Of a stretch of DNA of 64,000 nt, positions 1 to 12,010 are shown piece by piece (positions within the stretch are counted from its first letter, which is position 1; each line of letters begins with the position of its first letter). The notes under the pieces were generated by a model. The model saw only the letters and a program-made list of their open reading frames with translations. It was not told the DNA's origin and searched no databases. The position numbers and the translations under genes are program-made. The stretch comes from Macrostomum hystrix (taxonomy: Eukaryota > Animalia > Platyhelminthes). The stretch spans positions 4,464,001 to 4,528,000 of the forward strand of contig CATNEN010000025.1 of the NCBI GenBank assembly GCA_950097015.1, written 5' to 3'.

Positions 1-76
1 TCGTTCAGCACCGTGCGGACCCGCGTGGCCTTGCTGTTGTCCTTGGCGCCGGAACCGGTGGCTTTGCCGCGCTTGA

Positions 77-115
<39 letters not shown>

Positions 116-3100
116 TGCCCCCACCACCGACAACGCCCGGCTGCGCCGTTGTTGTTGATGTGGACTCTGAGGCGGCAGTCGATTGGCTGGACGAATCGTC
201 GTCATTACCTGCGCTTGTGCGGTGGTTTTGAAATTATACTTTTATTCAGTCTACGAGCTACTGTAAACATTCAAATTCGCGCCAAGAAAAAAGTCGTGAC
301 CTTCGGAACCCGAGGACCCTATCATTATTGTTTAGTTTTCCTGCCGCCCACCCAAAAGCCATTCGTTACGAAAAGAACTCCGCGCAGAGCCAAATACGAA
401 TGGGAAAGCAAAGCTTTCTTTGCAAAAGAAAGCTTGTCTGCTGCATGGCATCCGGGCATGCTGGTGCCCCGTCCACCTTAATCCCGGACTTAAACAACAT
501 GCGCATCAGCAGCCGGAGCCGCCACCGCAGCCGCCGCCGCCAGGAAGTCCCGCCAGAAATGGGAAGGCCGCACAGCGAGGCTCTCAGAAACTGCATGGAT
601 TCCCCAAGTGAAAGGAACGGGGCACATCTAGGCACATCTTGTCTTCCAACAGTCCGGGTGGTCCTGTCAAGAGGAGGCCGCGGATTCGAGTGGAGTGGGG
701 TGGGTGAGTGGGCGTAGGCGGAGACTGCTTGGGGAATTAGTTTGACTGCAGGATGCCAGTGTGGTGTTACAAAGACTCGCAATAATCCCGGGGTAGGTAG
801 GTAGGTTCGGCAGAACGTGTCTGTCAATCGCAGTTGTTGTGGGGTGGGTGAATTTCTGTTTGGTCAGATTAAATTATAAAATTTCATCGTTCAAAATTTC
901 TGCTAAAACGATTCAAAACCTTCTACTTCTTCGAGTGATGAAATTTTTATTGCATCATAAATGCTTCTCTTTTGATTGATTGACCGGATCGATAGAGAGA
1001 GTGAGATCATAAGTATCGCCTCTCTAATCTAGTCACGTACTGATCCGCGGAATGCCAAGTTTGGGATAAAAGGCGCGGATTTGAATGATGGGATAATCCT
1101 TCAGCTTCTAGCTCTAGTCATATCCCTCGCTATTTCGTTCCCGATTGCTTTCGAAAACTTACTCATCAGACCCGCAACAGAGTGACACTTTTATGCATCA
1201 TGCGTGGTCCTTAAGCAAAGAGCTATTTTTGTGTTGATAATTGAATTGGCCTGACTAAAAGCCTTCATTTCAAAAAGCTGTCAGTTTTACACCTGTATGA
1301 GCCAATCAGAATCCGAATTGTTTACCTGTAATCTCCTGGTGCAGCTGGTTGATTCCCAAGCGGCCGCTGCCGCTGCTGTCTCCTGGACTGCCGCCGAAGC
1401 CGCCGCCGCCAGCAGTCAGTGGCGAAGTTGTCTCGTGGGCGGCTGCGGCCGTTGTCAGCAGGGTGTCGAAGTCGGCCCGGCAGTAGATGCCGCCGTCGTC
1501 GCGTCGGACTCCGAATTCTTCGCCGGGCAGCAGCTGCCTGGAGCATGTCTGGCAGCGGAAGCAGGTCACGTGATACAGGCGGGAACAGGCCCGCATCACC
1601 GGCTCCGATCTGGAGAGGGCGACGTTGCAACTGGCGCAACGGCTGCCGAAGAGCCTGGCGAGTAGGGGTGAGGCAGAGTGAAGCAGAGTGAGGCAGAGTG
1701 AGGCAGAGTGAGGGAGAGTGAAGCAGAGTGAAGGAGAGTGAGGCAGAGTGAGGGAGAGTGAGGCAGAGTGAGGCAGAGTGAGGCAGGGTGAAGCAGAGTG
1801 AAGGAGAGTGAGGCAGAGTGAGGGAGAGTGAGGCAGAGTGAGGCAGAGTGAGGGAGAGTGAGGCAGAGTGAGGCAGAGTGAGGCAGAGTGAGGCAGAGTG
1901 AGGCAGAGTGAGGCAGAGTGAGGGAGAGTGAGGCAGAGTGAGGCAGAGTGAGGCAGAGTGAGGCAGAGTGAGGGAGAGTGAGGCAGAGTGAGGCAGAGTG
2001 AGGCAGGGTGAAGCAGAGTGAAGGAGAGTGAGGCAGAGTGAGGGAGAGTGAGGCAGAGTGAGGCAGAGTGAGGGAGAGTGAGGCAGAGTGAGGCAGAGTG
2101 AGGCAGGGTGAAGCAGAGTGAAGGAGAGTGAGGCAGAGTGAGGGAGAGTGAGGCAGAGTGAGGCAGAGTGAGGGAGAGTGAGGCAGAGTGAGGCAGAGTG
2201 AGGCAGAGTGAGGCAGAGTGAGGCAGAGTGAGGCAGAGTGAGGGAGAGTGAGGCAGAGTGAGGCAGAGTGAGGCAGAGTGAGGCAGAGTGAGGGAGAGTG
2301 AGGGAGAGTGAGGCAGAGTGAGGCAGAGTGAAGGAGAGTGAAGCAGAGTGAGGCAGAGTGAGGCAGAGTGAGGCAGGGTGAGGCAGAGTGAGGGAGAGTG
2401 AGGCAGAGTGAGGCAGAGTGAGGCAGAGTGAGGGAGAGTGAGGCAGAGTGAGGCAGAGTGAGGCAGAGTGAGGCAGAGTGAGGCAGAGTGAGGCAGAGTG
2501 AGGGAGAGTGAGGCAGAGTGAGGCAGAGTGAGGCAGAGTGAGGCAGAGTGAGGGAGAGTGAGGGAGAGTGAGGCAGAGTGAGGCAGAGTGAAGGAGAGTG
2601 AAGCAGAGTGAGGCAGAGTGAGGCAGAGTGAGGCAGGGTGAGGCAGAGTGAGGCAGAGTGAGGCAGAGTGAGGCAGAGTGAGGCAGAGTGAGGGAGAGTG
2701 AGGCAGAGTGAGGCAGAGTGAGGCAGAGTGAGGCAGAGTGAGGCAGAGTGAAGCAGAGTGAGGCAGAGTGAAGCAGAGTGAGGCAGAGTGAGGCAGAGTG
2801 AGGGAGAGTGAGGCAGAGTGAGGCAGAGTGAGGCAGGGTGAGGTAGAGTGAGGCAGGGTGAGGTAGAGTGAGGCAGAGTGAGGCAGAGTGAGGCAGAGTG
2901 AGGCAGAGTGAGGCAGAGTGAGGCAGAGTGAGGCAGAGTGAGGCAGAGTGAAGCAGAGTGAGGCAGAGTGAAGCAGAGTGAGGCAGAGTGAGGCAGAGTG
3001 AGGGAGAGTGAGGCAGAGTGAGGCAGAGTGAGGCAGAGTGAGGCAGAGTGAGGCAGAGTGAGGCAGAGTGAGGCAGAGTGAGGCAGAGTGAGGCAGAGTG

Positions 3101-5230
3101 AGGGAGAGTGAGGCAGAGTGAGGCAGAGTGAGGGAGAGTGAGGCAGAGTGAGGGAGAGTGAGGCAGAGTGAGGCAGAGTGAGGCAGAGTGAGGCAGAGTG
3201 AGGCAGAGTGAAGCAGAGTGAGGCAGAGTGAAGCAGAGTGAGGCAGAGTGAGGCAGAGTGAAGCAGAGTCATCGCTGATAAAAAACTAATAATTATTCTC
3301 CGCAAATAAGGTAGCGATGAGCAACCTCGCGAACGGTCAGAGAAGAGACAGCATTTGGCCTGAACAGAAGAATCAGACTATAAGGGGCCAAAACGTCCTC
3401 TGTTGTGGATGAGGTCGAAGACTCAAGCTCCCGAGGCACCGTCCACCACTTCAGACCTACTCGCAAGGAAATTTCAATAGAGAGAGGGGGAGAACACGCC
3501 CGGAGGACTATCAGGGGGGTTGGGGTTGTCGGGTAGGGACAAGAGGGTCTGCAGGGCAGAAGTCTTTAGGCTTTCGGATGCCGGAAGCATTTTTCAAAGA
3601 CCAAAAATTTGTTGAAGGATGCGTGGTTTTGGGCCCGGCCAGAGAGGAATGGGCTATTATCCAGTTTATAGCTGCATATGGGCAGGTACGAAATGGTTTA
3701 GGTGAAAGCTGACAATGCCTAGATTATATATAAGCGTATATGTATGTAGATCACGAGGTATCCGATAGCAAACAATGGCCCGCATCCTGCTTGGCATCTG
3801 TCGGGTATAGAAACTGCGGCCAAACTCACGCTAATGCGTAATAATTCTATTAAGAGAGCCTTTTTTAACATTGGCGTGCTCGGGCTAATGGCGCGAATTC
3901 AAATTGGCACCTTCTTTGTATATAGAGTGTGTAATCCGTTTTTAATCTGTAATTCAGGCCTGCAGAAAGTATTTTGGTTTAAAATGTGTAGCAAGCTCTA
4001 GTTTGTATGTAGTATAATTATATATATATTTATCTCAAAGTAGCATCTAAGGAGTGCTCAGAATGACAACCAAGGAGTGCTCAGAATGACAACCAAGGAG
4101 TGCTCAGAATGACACCCAAGGAGTGCTCAGAATGACACCCAAGGAGTGCTCAGAATGACACCCAAGGAGTGCTCAGAATGACAACCAAGGAGTGCTCAGA
4201 ATGACAACCAATGAGTGCTCAGAATGACAACCAAGGAGTGCTCAGAATGACAACCAAGGAGTGCTCAGAATGACAACCAAGGAGTGCTCAGAATGACACC
4301 CAAGGAGTGCTCAGAATGACAACCAAGGAGTGCTCAGAATGACAACCAATGAGTGCTCAGAATGACAACCAAGGAGTGCTCAGAATGACACCCAAGGAGT
4401 GCTCAAAGACACCCAAGGAGTACTCAGAATGGCACAAAGAGAGTGCTCAAAATTGACACATAAGGAGTGCTCAGAATGTTATCTAGAGAATGCTCAGAAT
4501 GGTATCTAGAGAATGCTCAGAATGGTATCTAGAGAATGCTCAGAATGGTATCTAGAGAATGCTCAGAATGGTATCTAGAGAATGCTCAGAATGGTATCTA
4601 GAGAATGCTCAGAATGGTATCTAGAGAATGCTCAGAATGGTATCTAGAGAATGCTCAGAATGGTATCTAGAGAATTCTCAGAATGGTATCTAGAGAATGC
4701 TCAGAATGGTATCTAGAGAATGCTCAGAATGGTATCTAGAGAATGCTCAGAATGGTATCTAGAGAATGCTCAGAATGGTATCTAGAGAATGCTCAGAATG
4801 GTATGTATCAGAATCGTCAAAGTCGAGTTGTCAAGTCAAACATTCAAAGCATACCAAGTTACCTGGCATAATCCTCTCTGCAGTAGGTTTTCCCGTCTCG
4901 CACGAAGCAGGTTCGCGCCTGAGTGAGCTCAGCTGAGCACTCGGCGCACTTCAAACAGCCGGCGTGCCATTCCAGGTCCGGCTGCACGCGCAGTATGTAC
5001 GGGTCCGTGATGTCGCAGCCACAGCCAGAGCACACTGAGGGTCGCTGCTGTTGCTGATGTTGCTGTTGCTGCTGGTGCTGAAGATGATGCTGATGATGTT
5101 GAAGAGGATGGCGTTGAGCTGAACTTGTCGACCACCACTGACAGCCACTGCCGCTGCCGTTGCTGCCAGCGCCGCCGCCGCCACTGTCATCGGTGTTGCC
5201 ATCGGTAAATTCCATTGTTCCCATTGTCAT
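1..5230 (-). CDS. islet: Islet-class LIM-homeodomain transcription factor (3 exons seen; homeodomain runs off the window start)
   Basis: Exons 5230-4863 (LIM1: [32 protein letters not shown]...[17 protein letters not shown]), 1654-1326 (LIM2: LFGSRCASC...[21 protein letters not shown]...YCRADF) and 208-1 (ends [11 protein letters not shown], the Islet homeodomain start). GT/AG junctions have matching phases (2, then 1). The start ATG at 5230 is the first in-frame ATG; an upstream exon cannot be excluded. Confidence 0.95.
1667..3268. repeat. 10-bp tandem repeat (AGGCAGAGTG and variants), about 160 units, in Islet intron 1 abutting the acceptor
   Basis: Directly visible periodicity of 10. Confidence 0.98.
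4025..4800. repeat. Two adjacent 23-bp minisatellites (GACAACCAAGGAGTGCTCAGAAT then GGTATCTAGAGAATGCTCAGAAT)
   Basis: Both units are 23 bp and share TGCTCAGAATG; transitional units lie at about 4405-4490. Confidence 0.95.
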
Positions 5231-5574
5231 GATCGCCGGCTTCGCTGTCTGCTTTCTTTTAGAATATTCTTTCACACGAATCTGTCGATCTGTCGTTCCT
5301 TAATTTATAATGATTTTTTAACCATATTCCCATGGCTGTGGAGCCGCTGTCTGGCCCAACAAACCCCACCCCTTAAGCCCCCCTGCCATCGCACGTGGCT
5401 GATTTGTCTCCGGCTTCCAGGATTGGCTGGCTTAGTGCGCTAGCTCGCAGCCAATCCGAAGAGATAGAGACTCGAGACTTCTCTATGCCAACTTGCTGTT
5501 GGCTTTGCCATAGCTGGCTTATCTATAAGAATCTGCAGTAGAAAACGCATTGCGTTAGACATCAGTGAGTTTTT

Positions 5575-7000
5575 ATCCCAATGAGACCTCAGATACTTCT
5601 TATCCCAATGAGACCTCAGATACTTCTTACCCCAATGAGACCTCAGATACTTCTTACCCCAATGAGACCTCAGATACTTCTTATCCCAATGAGACCTCAG
5701 ATACTTCTTATCCCAATGAGACCTCAGATACTTCTTATCCCAAATGAGACCTCAGATACTTCTTATCCCAATGAGACCTCAGATACTTCTTATCCCAATG
5801 AGACCTCAGATACTTCTTATCCCAAATGAGACCTCAGATACTTCTTATCCCAAATGAGACCTCAGATACTTCTTATCCCAATGAGACCTCAAATACTTCT
5901 TATCCCAATGAGACCTCAGATACTTCTTATCCCAATGAGACCTCAAATACTTCTTATCCCAATGAGACCTCAGATACTTCTTATCCCAATGAGACCTCAG
6001 ATACTTCTTATCCCAATGAGACCTCAGATACTTCTTATCCCAATGAGACCTCAGATACTTCTTATCCCAATGAGACCTCAGATACTTCTTATCCCAAATG
6101 AGACCTCAGATACTTCTTATCCCAATAAAACCTCAGATACTTCTTATCCCAATGAGACCTCAGATACTTCTTATCCCAATGAGACCTCAGATACTTCTTA
6201 TCCCAAATGAGACCTCAGATACTTCTTATCCCAATGAGACCTCAGATAATTCTTATCCCAATGAGACCTCAGATACTTCTTATCCCAATGAGACCTCAGA
6301 TACTTCTTATCCCAAATGAGACCTCAGATACTTCTTATCCCAGTGAGACCTCAGATACTTCTTATCCCAAATGAGACCTCAGATACTTCTTATCCCAATG
6401 AGACCTCAGATACTTCTTATCCCAATGAGACCTCAGATACTTCTTATCCCAAATGAGACCTCAGATACTTCTTATCCCAAATGAGACCTCAGATACTTCT
6501 TATCCCAATGAGACCTCAAATACTTCTTATCCCAATGAGACCTCAGATACTTCTTATCCCAATGAGACCTCAAATACTTCTTATCCCAATGAGACCTCAG
6601 ATACTTCTTATCCCAATGAGACCTCAGATACTTCTTATCCCAATGAGACCTCAGATACTTCTTATCCCAATGAGACCTCAGATACTTCTTATCCCAATGA
6701 GACCTCAGATACTTCTTATCCCAAATGAGACCTCAGATACTTCTTATCCCAATGAGACCTCAGATACTTCTTATCCCAAATGAGACCTCAGATACTTCTT
6801 ATCCCAATGAGACCTCAGATACTTCTTATCCCAAATGAGACCTCAGATACTTCTTATCCCAATGAGACCTCAGATACTTCTTATCCCAATGAGACTTCAG
6901 ATACTTCTTATCCTAAATGAGACCTCAGATACTTCTTATCCCAATGAGACCTCAGATACTTCTTATCACAATGAGACCTCAGATACTTCTTATCCCAGTA
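5575..7000. repeat. 27-bp minisatellite (AATGAGACCTCAGATACTTCTTATCCC) with 28-bp variants, upstream of Islet
   Basis: Direct periodicity; source of the NETSDTSYP and MRPQILLIP pseudo-ORFs. Confidence 0.97.
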
Positions 7001-8514
7001 AGACCCGAAAAATTGCTTTGCCTTAAAAACGGTCACAGATAGTTTTTTAAGTTTTTCGTTGTCCTCGCGACCCGGATGATTCTACACGCACTCGAACCAA
7101 TTTAGCTTCGCGGGGGGTCCCAGTTCGGCCACTGATTACCAGCCACGTCATCGATAGATAGAGAGCGATCAGGCTAACTAGACAGATATGTATGTGGCTA
7201 AGCACCTGCATATCATCTGTGGATAAAACCCACTTGGTTTTTGGAACATTTTTTCTTAACTATATGGGGTTAATATATACGATATTGCCCTCAGCAAAAC
7301 AAAACGCATTGAATAGTGAATCAGTTTCAGTGGCCAGCTACTTTTAGCCAACCGGATATAATGATATAATGATATAATGGATATAATGAATTTTCTCTTT
7401 TGGTCTGGCAGACAGACCACTCCTATTAGTAAGATTTATCAAAGAACAGATACATTTTGGGATTTTAATTTTAAATTTAGGCATCTCAAGCTTATGATCT
7501 TGAATTGGGTGCTTGGGGATTTAGAAATTAGGGAATCCTAATTTTGGAGATCTTAACATTTTGGGATCTAGCGATTTCGAGGTGTCAATTGAGGAATACA
7601 GACATTTTGAGCTCTAGATAGTTTAGGACCTTCAAAGCTTGGGATATTAAATGTGGGGTTCTAGAAACTCAGGGACTTTGAAATTTGGGGATTTTTAATG
7701 TTCATTTTGACGTCTAAAGATTTTTAGATAGAGAACTTTTCGAGTCCTGAGAGCTTGGGATATTTTTAAAAGTGTAAATTAAGTAGTCTTGGAATCTTAA
7801 AAGTTTAGGATCCTTAAAATTTGGGATATTTAATTTAGGCTAAATCCCATTTAACAATCCAACTATAGTGAGTTTAAAATTAAGTTTAGAATCTAAAAGG
7901 TGAGCATTTCTTATCCGTAGATTATATATCTTTTCCATCAAGAAAGCTTACATGTACGAGCCGAGTTTTATCTGCTGAGGTGCATCTTTGCATATCAACT
8001 GGGAATAAGTCGGTTCCTATATATTCCAGCATATAAGTTCGGCAGTAAATATGACCGATATCTACCTGCTGATCGTGCGTGCATATATTGACCCGCGCAG
8101 CCATCGCAAGCCATACAGAAGCAACCGGATGTGAAGAGCGGCTGACAGATATTTTGGCTTGATCGCGACTGAGGGGGTTTTGTGGGTCCCGTACAGGCTC
8201 CTATATCCATCTACACCGCGGGATAAATAAGCTCCCTAACTGTCTCGGTGTTCTCAAATTTGGCGGCATTGAAAATAATTCTACTCCAATATATTTCTGT
8301 ACGCTATCTAAAGTGTACATTTCGGTAATCTGCTTGCAAAGCAACGACTCTGACAGGGCGAATACATTCAATAAACATTTCAAATCTAATTAGCTTATCA
8401 ATCGCATGTGCCTGCATTATCCCAGTGTTTATTGTCTATGGCACAAGTTCTTTATTGAGAAGGAATTGCGTTAGTTTAATAAAAAAAATTCAGGAGGGCC
8501 TGTGAGCAGTAGTC

Positions 8515-9160
8515 AGTAGACCCGCAGCCAGGGAGCAGGCAATTCTGCCCATTTCGCTGACTCCTGTGAACACACACAGAAACCATACACAGGCTCACGC
8601 TCACACAGGTGTGTACATCTGCCCTGACTTTCTCATCGTCAGGCAAGTGTACGCTCTAATAATTAATAATAATTGATTACACCTGCCCCAATTGGGTCAG
8701 ATGTGCAGCCGACAGCACAGCCGCAACTAATGCGCGGCGCATCTGAATGCTGCGTACAACTGTTCAGTCCATGGACTGGGGGGACGCCACACCCACCTTC
8801 AATTATCCCAGCTGATGCTGGTACCCATTTAACAGCTGGGTGAACTAAGGCAATCCAGAGTTAAGTGTCTTGCTAAAGGACACAAATTGTTCCAGTGGAG
8901 TCGGGAATCGAACCCCCGACCTTCAAGTCGTGAGTCCGACGCCCTAACCAATAGGCTACAACCTCTTGTAGCCTCTTCTCAACGCATCACCAATCCAACC
9001 TCTTGTACGCTCTCACTGTGCCTTGAAGGTTGGCCCTCAAAAGCGTAACAAGACAAGCCCCCAACCAAGCCTTCTCTCCGCGGCTGCGCCCCTAATGAAT
9101 GTGGCCTCGCCGCGGAATCGAGTTCAGGGACCTTGGTGCGAGGGCCAAGCGCATTACTTG
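8515..9160 (-). mobile_element. tRNA-derived SINE family B copy, interrupted by a family A SINE
   Basis: Head and body (9160-9004) and tail (8657-8515) join into the sequence seen intact at 11790-12010 and 40780-40969. Confidence 0.8.
8658..9003 (-). mobile_element. tRNA-derived SINE family A (A/B boxes, CORE-like central domain, ATT-rich tail), nested in SINE B
   Basis: Minus strand reads TAGCCTATTGG (A box), GGTTCGATTCC (B box), then TGTGTCCTTTAGCAAGACACTTAAC...CACCCAGCTGTTAAATGGGTACC, resembling the MIR/CORE-SINE core. Flanked by a 10-bp direct repeat TGTACGCTCT (8648-8657, 9004-9013). Confidence 0.85.
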
Positions 9161-10987
9161 CGTTTGCTTCAATTTGTTTGATTTTTTGGCATTTTCCTTC
9201 GTACAAAAATGCCGCATTTCTACTGCTAATCATTGTAAATAGGGCTGGCTTCGAGTCGAGTCGTGCCTACGTGAGCTGTTCCTGTGACACTCTATGTATA
9301 TTGAGGGCCAGTAAGGCATGTTCGGCTGGACAGAACACGTGTCCAACTTAAGCCTAGTAGACCTCGCCGTCAAACTGGCTAGCGGCCTCTCCCTTCTCCT
9401 TCCGGAGCAGGCCCGTCGAGTCCGCGATTCTCTCTCCTGGAGCTCTTTCGAATATGCCAGAAACAACACAGAGCGGATCTATCCCAGTTGGGGTTTGCAG
9501 GAAGTATAGGGACAATGTTGACTGAGAATCAGAGCTCTGCACCCACCCCTCACCAGCTGGACGATTTTCGACGCGAGCAACTTTTCGAAACGAGAAACCG
9601 CGGCCGCGCCCGACCGAAGAGGCAACCAAAGGTTCATGGTTTGTCCTGGACAAACAGAGACACTGACGGGGGCCGGATTGATGATGCGTTGAGAAGTCGA
9701 GCAGCAGAAAGGAAGTGTGCCGTGCGGAATTCCCCCTCCATAATCTCAAGATTTTTCCGCTCATCCCTATATACGAATCTCAGGTCGATTGTTGGGATTT
9801 AAAATAAATCTGAGTCGAGCCTCTCGAGGCAAAACTATTCCGTTGCTATGGAGCTTTGAAAGTGGCTTGTGTCACACCTGAAATCGCTGATTGCGCGAGC
9901 CAGCGACTCCACTTTTAGTTGGAGGATAATTGCCGAGACGGGTAAAAAACTAGAGCGAATAGAAACATGAGAGAGGAGATTGTGCGCAGACAAATGAGGC
10001 AATCAAAAAGCCAGAATAAATGACAGGAAATGGGATAATTTTTGCATTCTATATAGCTGCATCCTGAGCTTTCTCTCTCTCAATTTTATACTTGTTCCCT
10101 CGCAGCAGAAAGCATCGGATGGGTCACCTTGCAATTTTGCCATCATCCTGCAGCATTCAGGAAAGACGGCAAATGCTTTGAGCGGAGCCAACACTGACAA
10201 ACTCATGTTGGACACGAGCCTCTCTATCAACTGTCCAGGAAATTTTCGGCTTCCCGGGACCATCAAATATATTGCGGGAGGAAATATTATCCGCATAGGG
10301 CCCGCTGAGACACACAAGGAAGCCTTGTGCCTACCTGTAATGCCACCTTTTGACAGATACGAACCCAGGCTGGTGGGGTGGTTTAGTCACTGAGACAAAG
10401 ACTGCCCTCAGGAAGACAGGCATATAACCTGTACGGGCACTGCCAGTGTGTTCGGGAAATGATCTGCCAGCTTCCTGCTCTGGAACTGCTCTCCTCTGAC
10501 AGACATGTCAAAATGTTTCTTCTCTATATATTATATATGGAAAAATTTGCTTGGATATTTTAAGCAGGGTTTTCAGTGCGCACCTGAGCTCGAATCCGCT
10601 TGTTCTAATGACGAAAATAGGCACAAAAGATAAAAGTGAAACTACACCGCCCTCTATAGATGGGTGAGTCAATTGTGGCTACGAGTACTTCCGTTCTCCC
10701 GCCCGACATTTTTCCAAGATTAAAGGCTTGCTGGACGGAAGAGAAATAGGATAAGCAGCCTTTCTTTACTCGAAGGAAGCCACCTTTGATCGAAAAAACC
10801 ACCCGGTGCCAATCTTCAACGGAAGACAGTGCTCTTGGGCGCGTGCAGACAAGCAATTTTTGAGTAGTTTTTTTGAGTCGGGTAGGCAAGATCAAAGTTG
10901 CGGATGTGACAAAAATCCAATTGTCTCTGTATGCATCAAATATGCTATCGTAAAAACAAAGCTTGACAACAAATAAAGACAAAAAAA

Positions 10988-11275
10988 CTAGAGTGAAGAG
11001 TGAAGGGATGAGAGGTAGAGTGAAGGGATGAGAGGTAGAGTGAAGGGATGAGAGGTAGAGTGAAGGGATGAGAGGTAGAGTGAAGGGATGAGAGGTAGAG
11101 TGAAGGGATGAGAGGTAGAGTGAAGGGATGAGAGGTAGAGTGAAGGGATGAGAGGTAGAGTGAAGGGATGAGAGGTAGAGTGAAGGGATGAGAGGTAGAG
11201 TGAAGGGATGAGAGGTAGAGTGAAGGGATGAGAGGTAGAGTGAAGGGATGAGAGGTAGAGTGAAGGGATGAGAGT
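10988..11275. repeat. 20-bp purine-rich minisatellite (GAGTGAAGGGATGAGAGGTA)
   Basis: Direct periodicity. Confidence 0.97.
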
Positions 11276-11789
11276 GAAGAGAAAAGAACTGGAGTCAGGT
11301 TATAATGGCAACAAAAACATTCGCTGATAGCAGAATGTCCAACAAAAAATATCGAACGGGGCATTCTTTCGCTCCCATGTCTTTATCCCTCGGTTCGGCG
11401 GCTAAGGAGGAAGGGAGCCAGGTTGTCGCGACAGTCCGGCTTGTTCTGGCGACATGTCTGCCCCTGGCATCAACGGGAAGATCAGCAACTGTCTGTTCTG
11501 CTTCAGCCCAGCTAGACAGAAGAGAATTGGGATCTGGGAGACAAAGGGGCCTTGCTGGAATCTGCAATACTGACTAGCTTTAGTTGGTTGTTGGATGTTG
11601 GTTTTTTTTAAATAATATGATGTATTGCGGGATGTCCTGACCATCAGGACCTGTTACCGATGCACAGTGAGATATACACTGTCGTCTGATGATGAGAAAG
11701 TTCATGCACATGTCCATTAACAAATAATATTCACAGGAGGGTGAGTGGGCAATGGCACAACATTTGGTGACACTAGACTCGCCGCTATA

Positions 11790-12010
11790 GGATGCAATTC
11801 TGCCCTTCTCGTGTACTCCTGAGCACACACGCACACAGATACAGTACACAGGGGTGTACATCTGCCCGACTTTCTCATCGTCAGGCAGTGTACACTCACT
11901 GTGCCTTCTTCTACGCGGCTGTGCCCCAAATGAATGTGGCCTCGCCGCGGAATCGAGCTCAGGGACCTTGGTGCGAGAGGCAAACGCGTTGACCGCTCTG
12001 CCACTAGTCT
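11790..12010 (-). mobile_element. SINE family B copy
   Basis: Minus strand TGGCAGAGCGGTCAACGCG...GCTCGATTCCG (Pol III A/B-box-like), followed by the body shared with other copies. Confidence 0.8.

Noticed and set aside
1596-3305. 569-aa ORF ([10 protein letters not shown] repeats), and similar long ORFs at 13131-13953, 20572-21210, 26965-28560, 35361-36159, 44462-45355, 51014-51663, 54600-55071
   Set aside because: Read-through of tandem repeats lacking stop codons; open in several frames or strands; several lie in introns defined by splice sites. Only the first 40 codons from the ATG at 45337 are real (HHAT copy 2 exon 1).
8890-8965. tRNA genes (also 25251-25325 and 57110-57185)
   Set aside because: The acceptor stem does not pair, the anticodon position differs among copies (CAC, AAC, CGT), and each continues into SINE sequence.
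9200-10980. Several 60-135 aa ORFs between SINE copies
   Set aside because: No recognisable domain, consistent frame or splice pattern; possibly decayed transposon sequence but unsupported.
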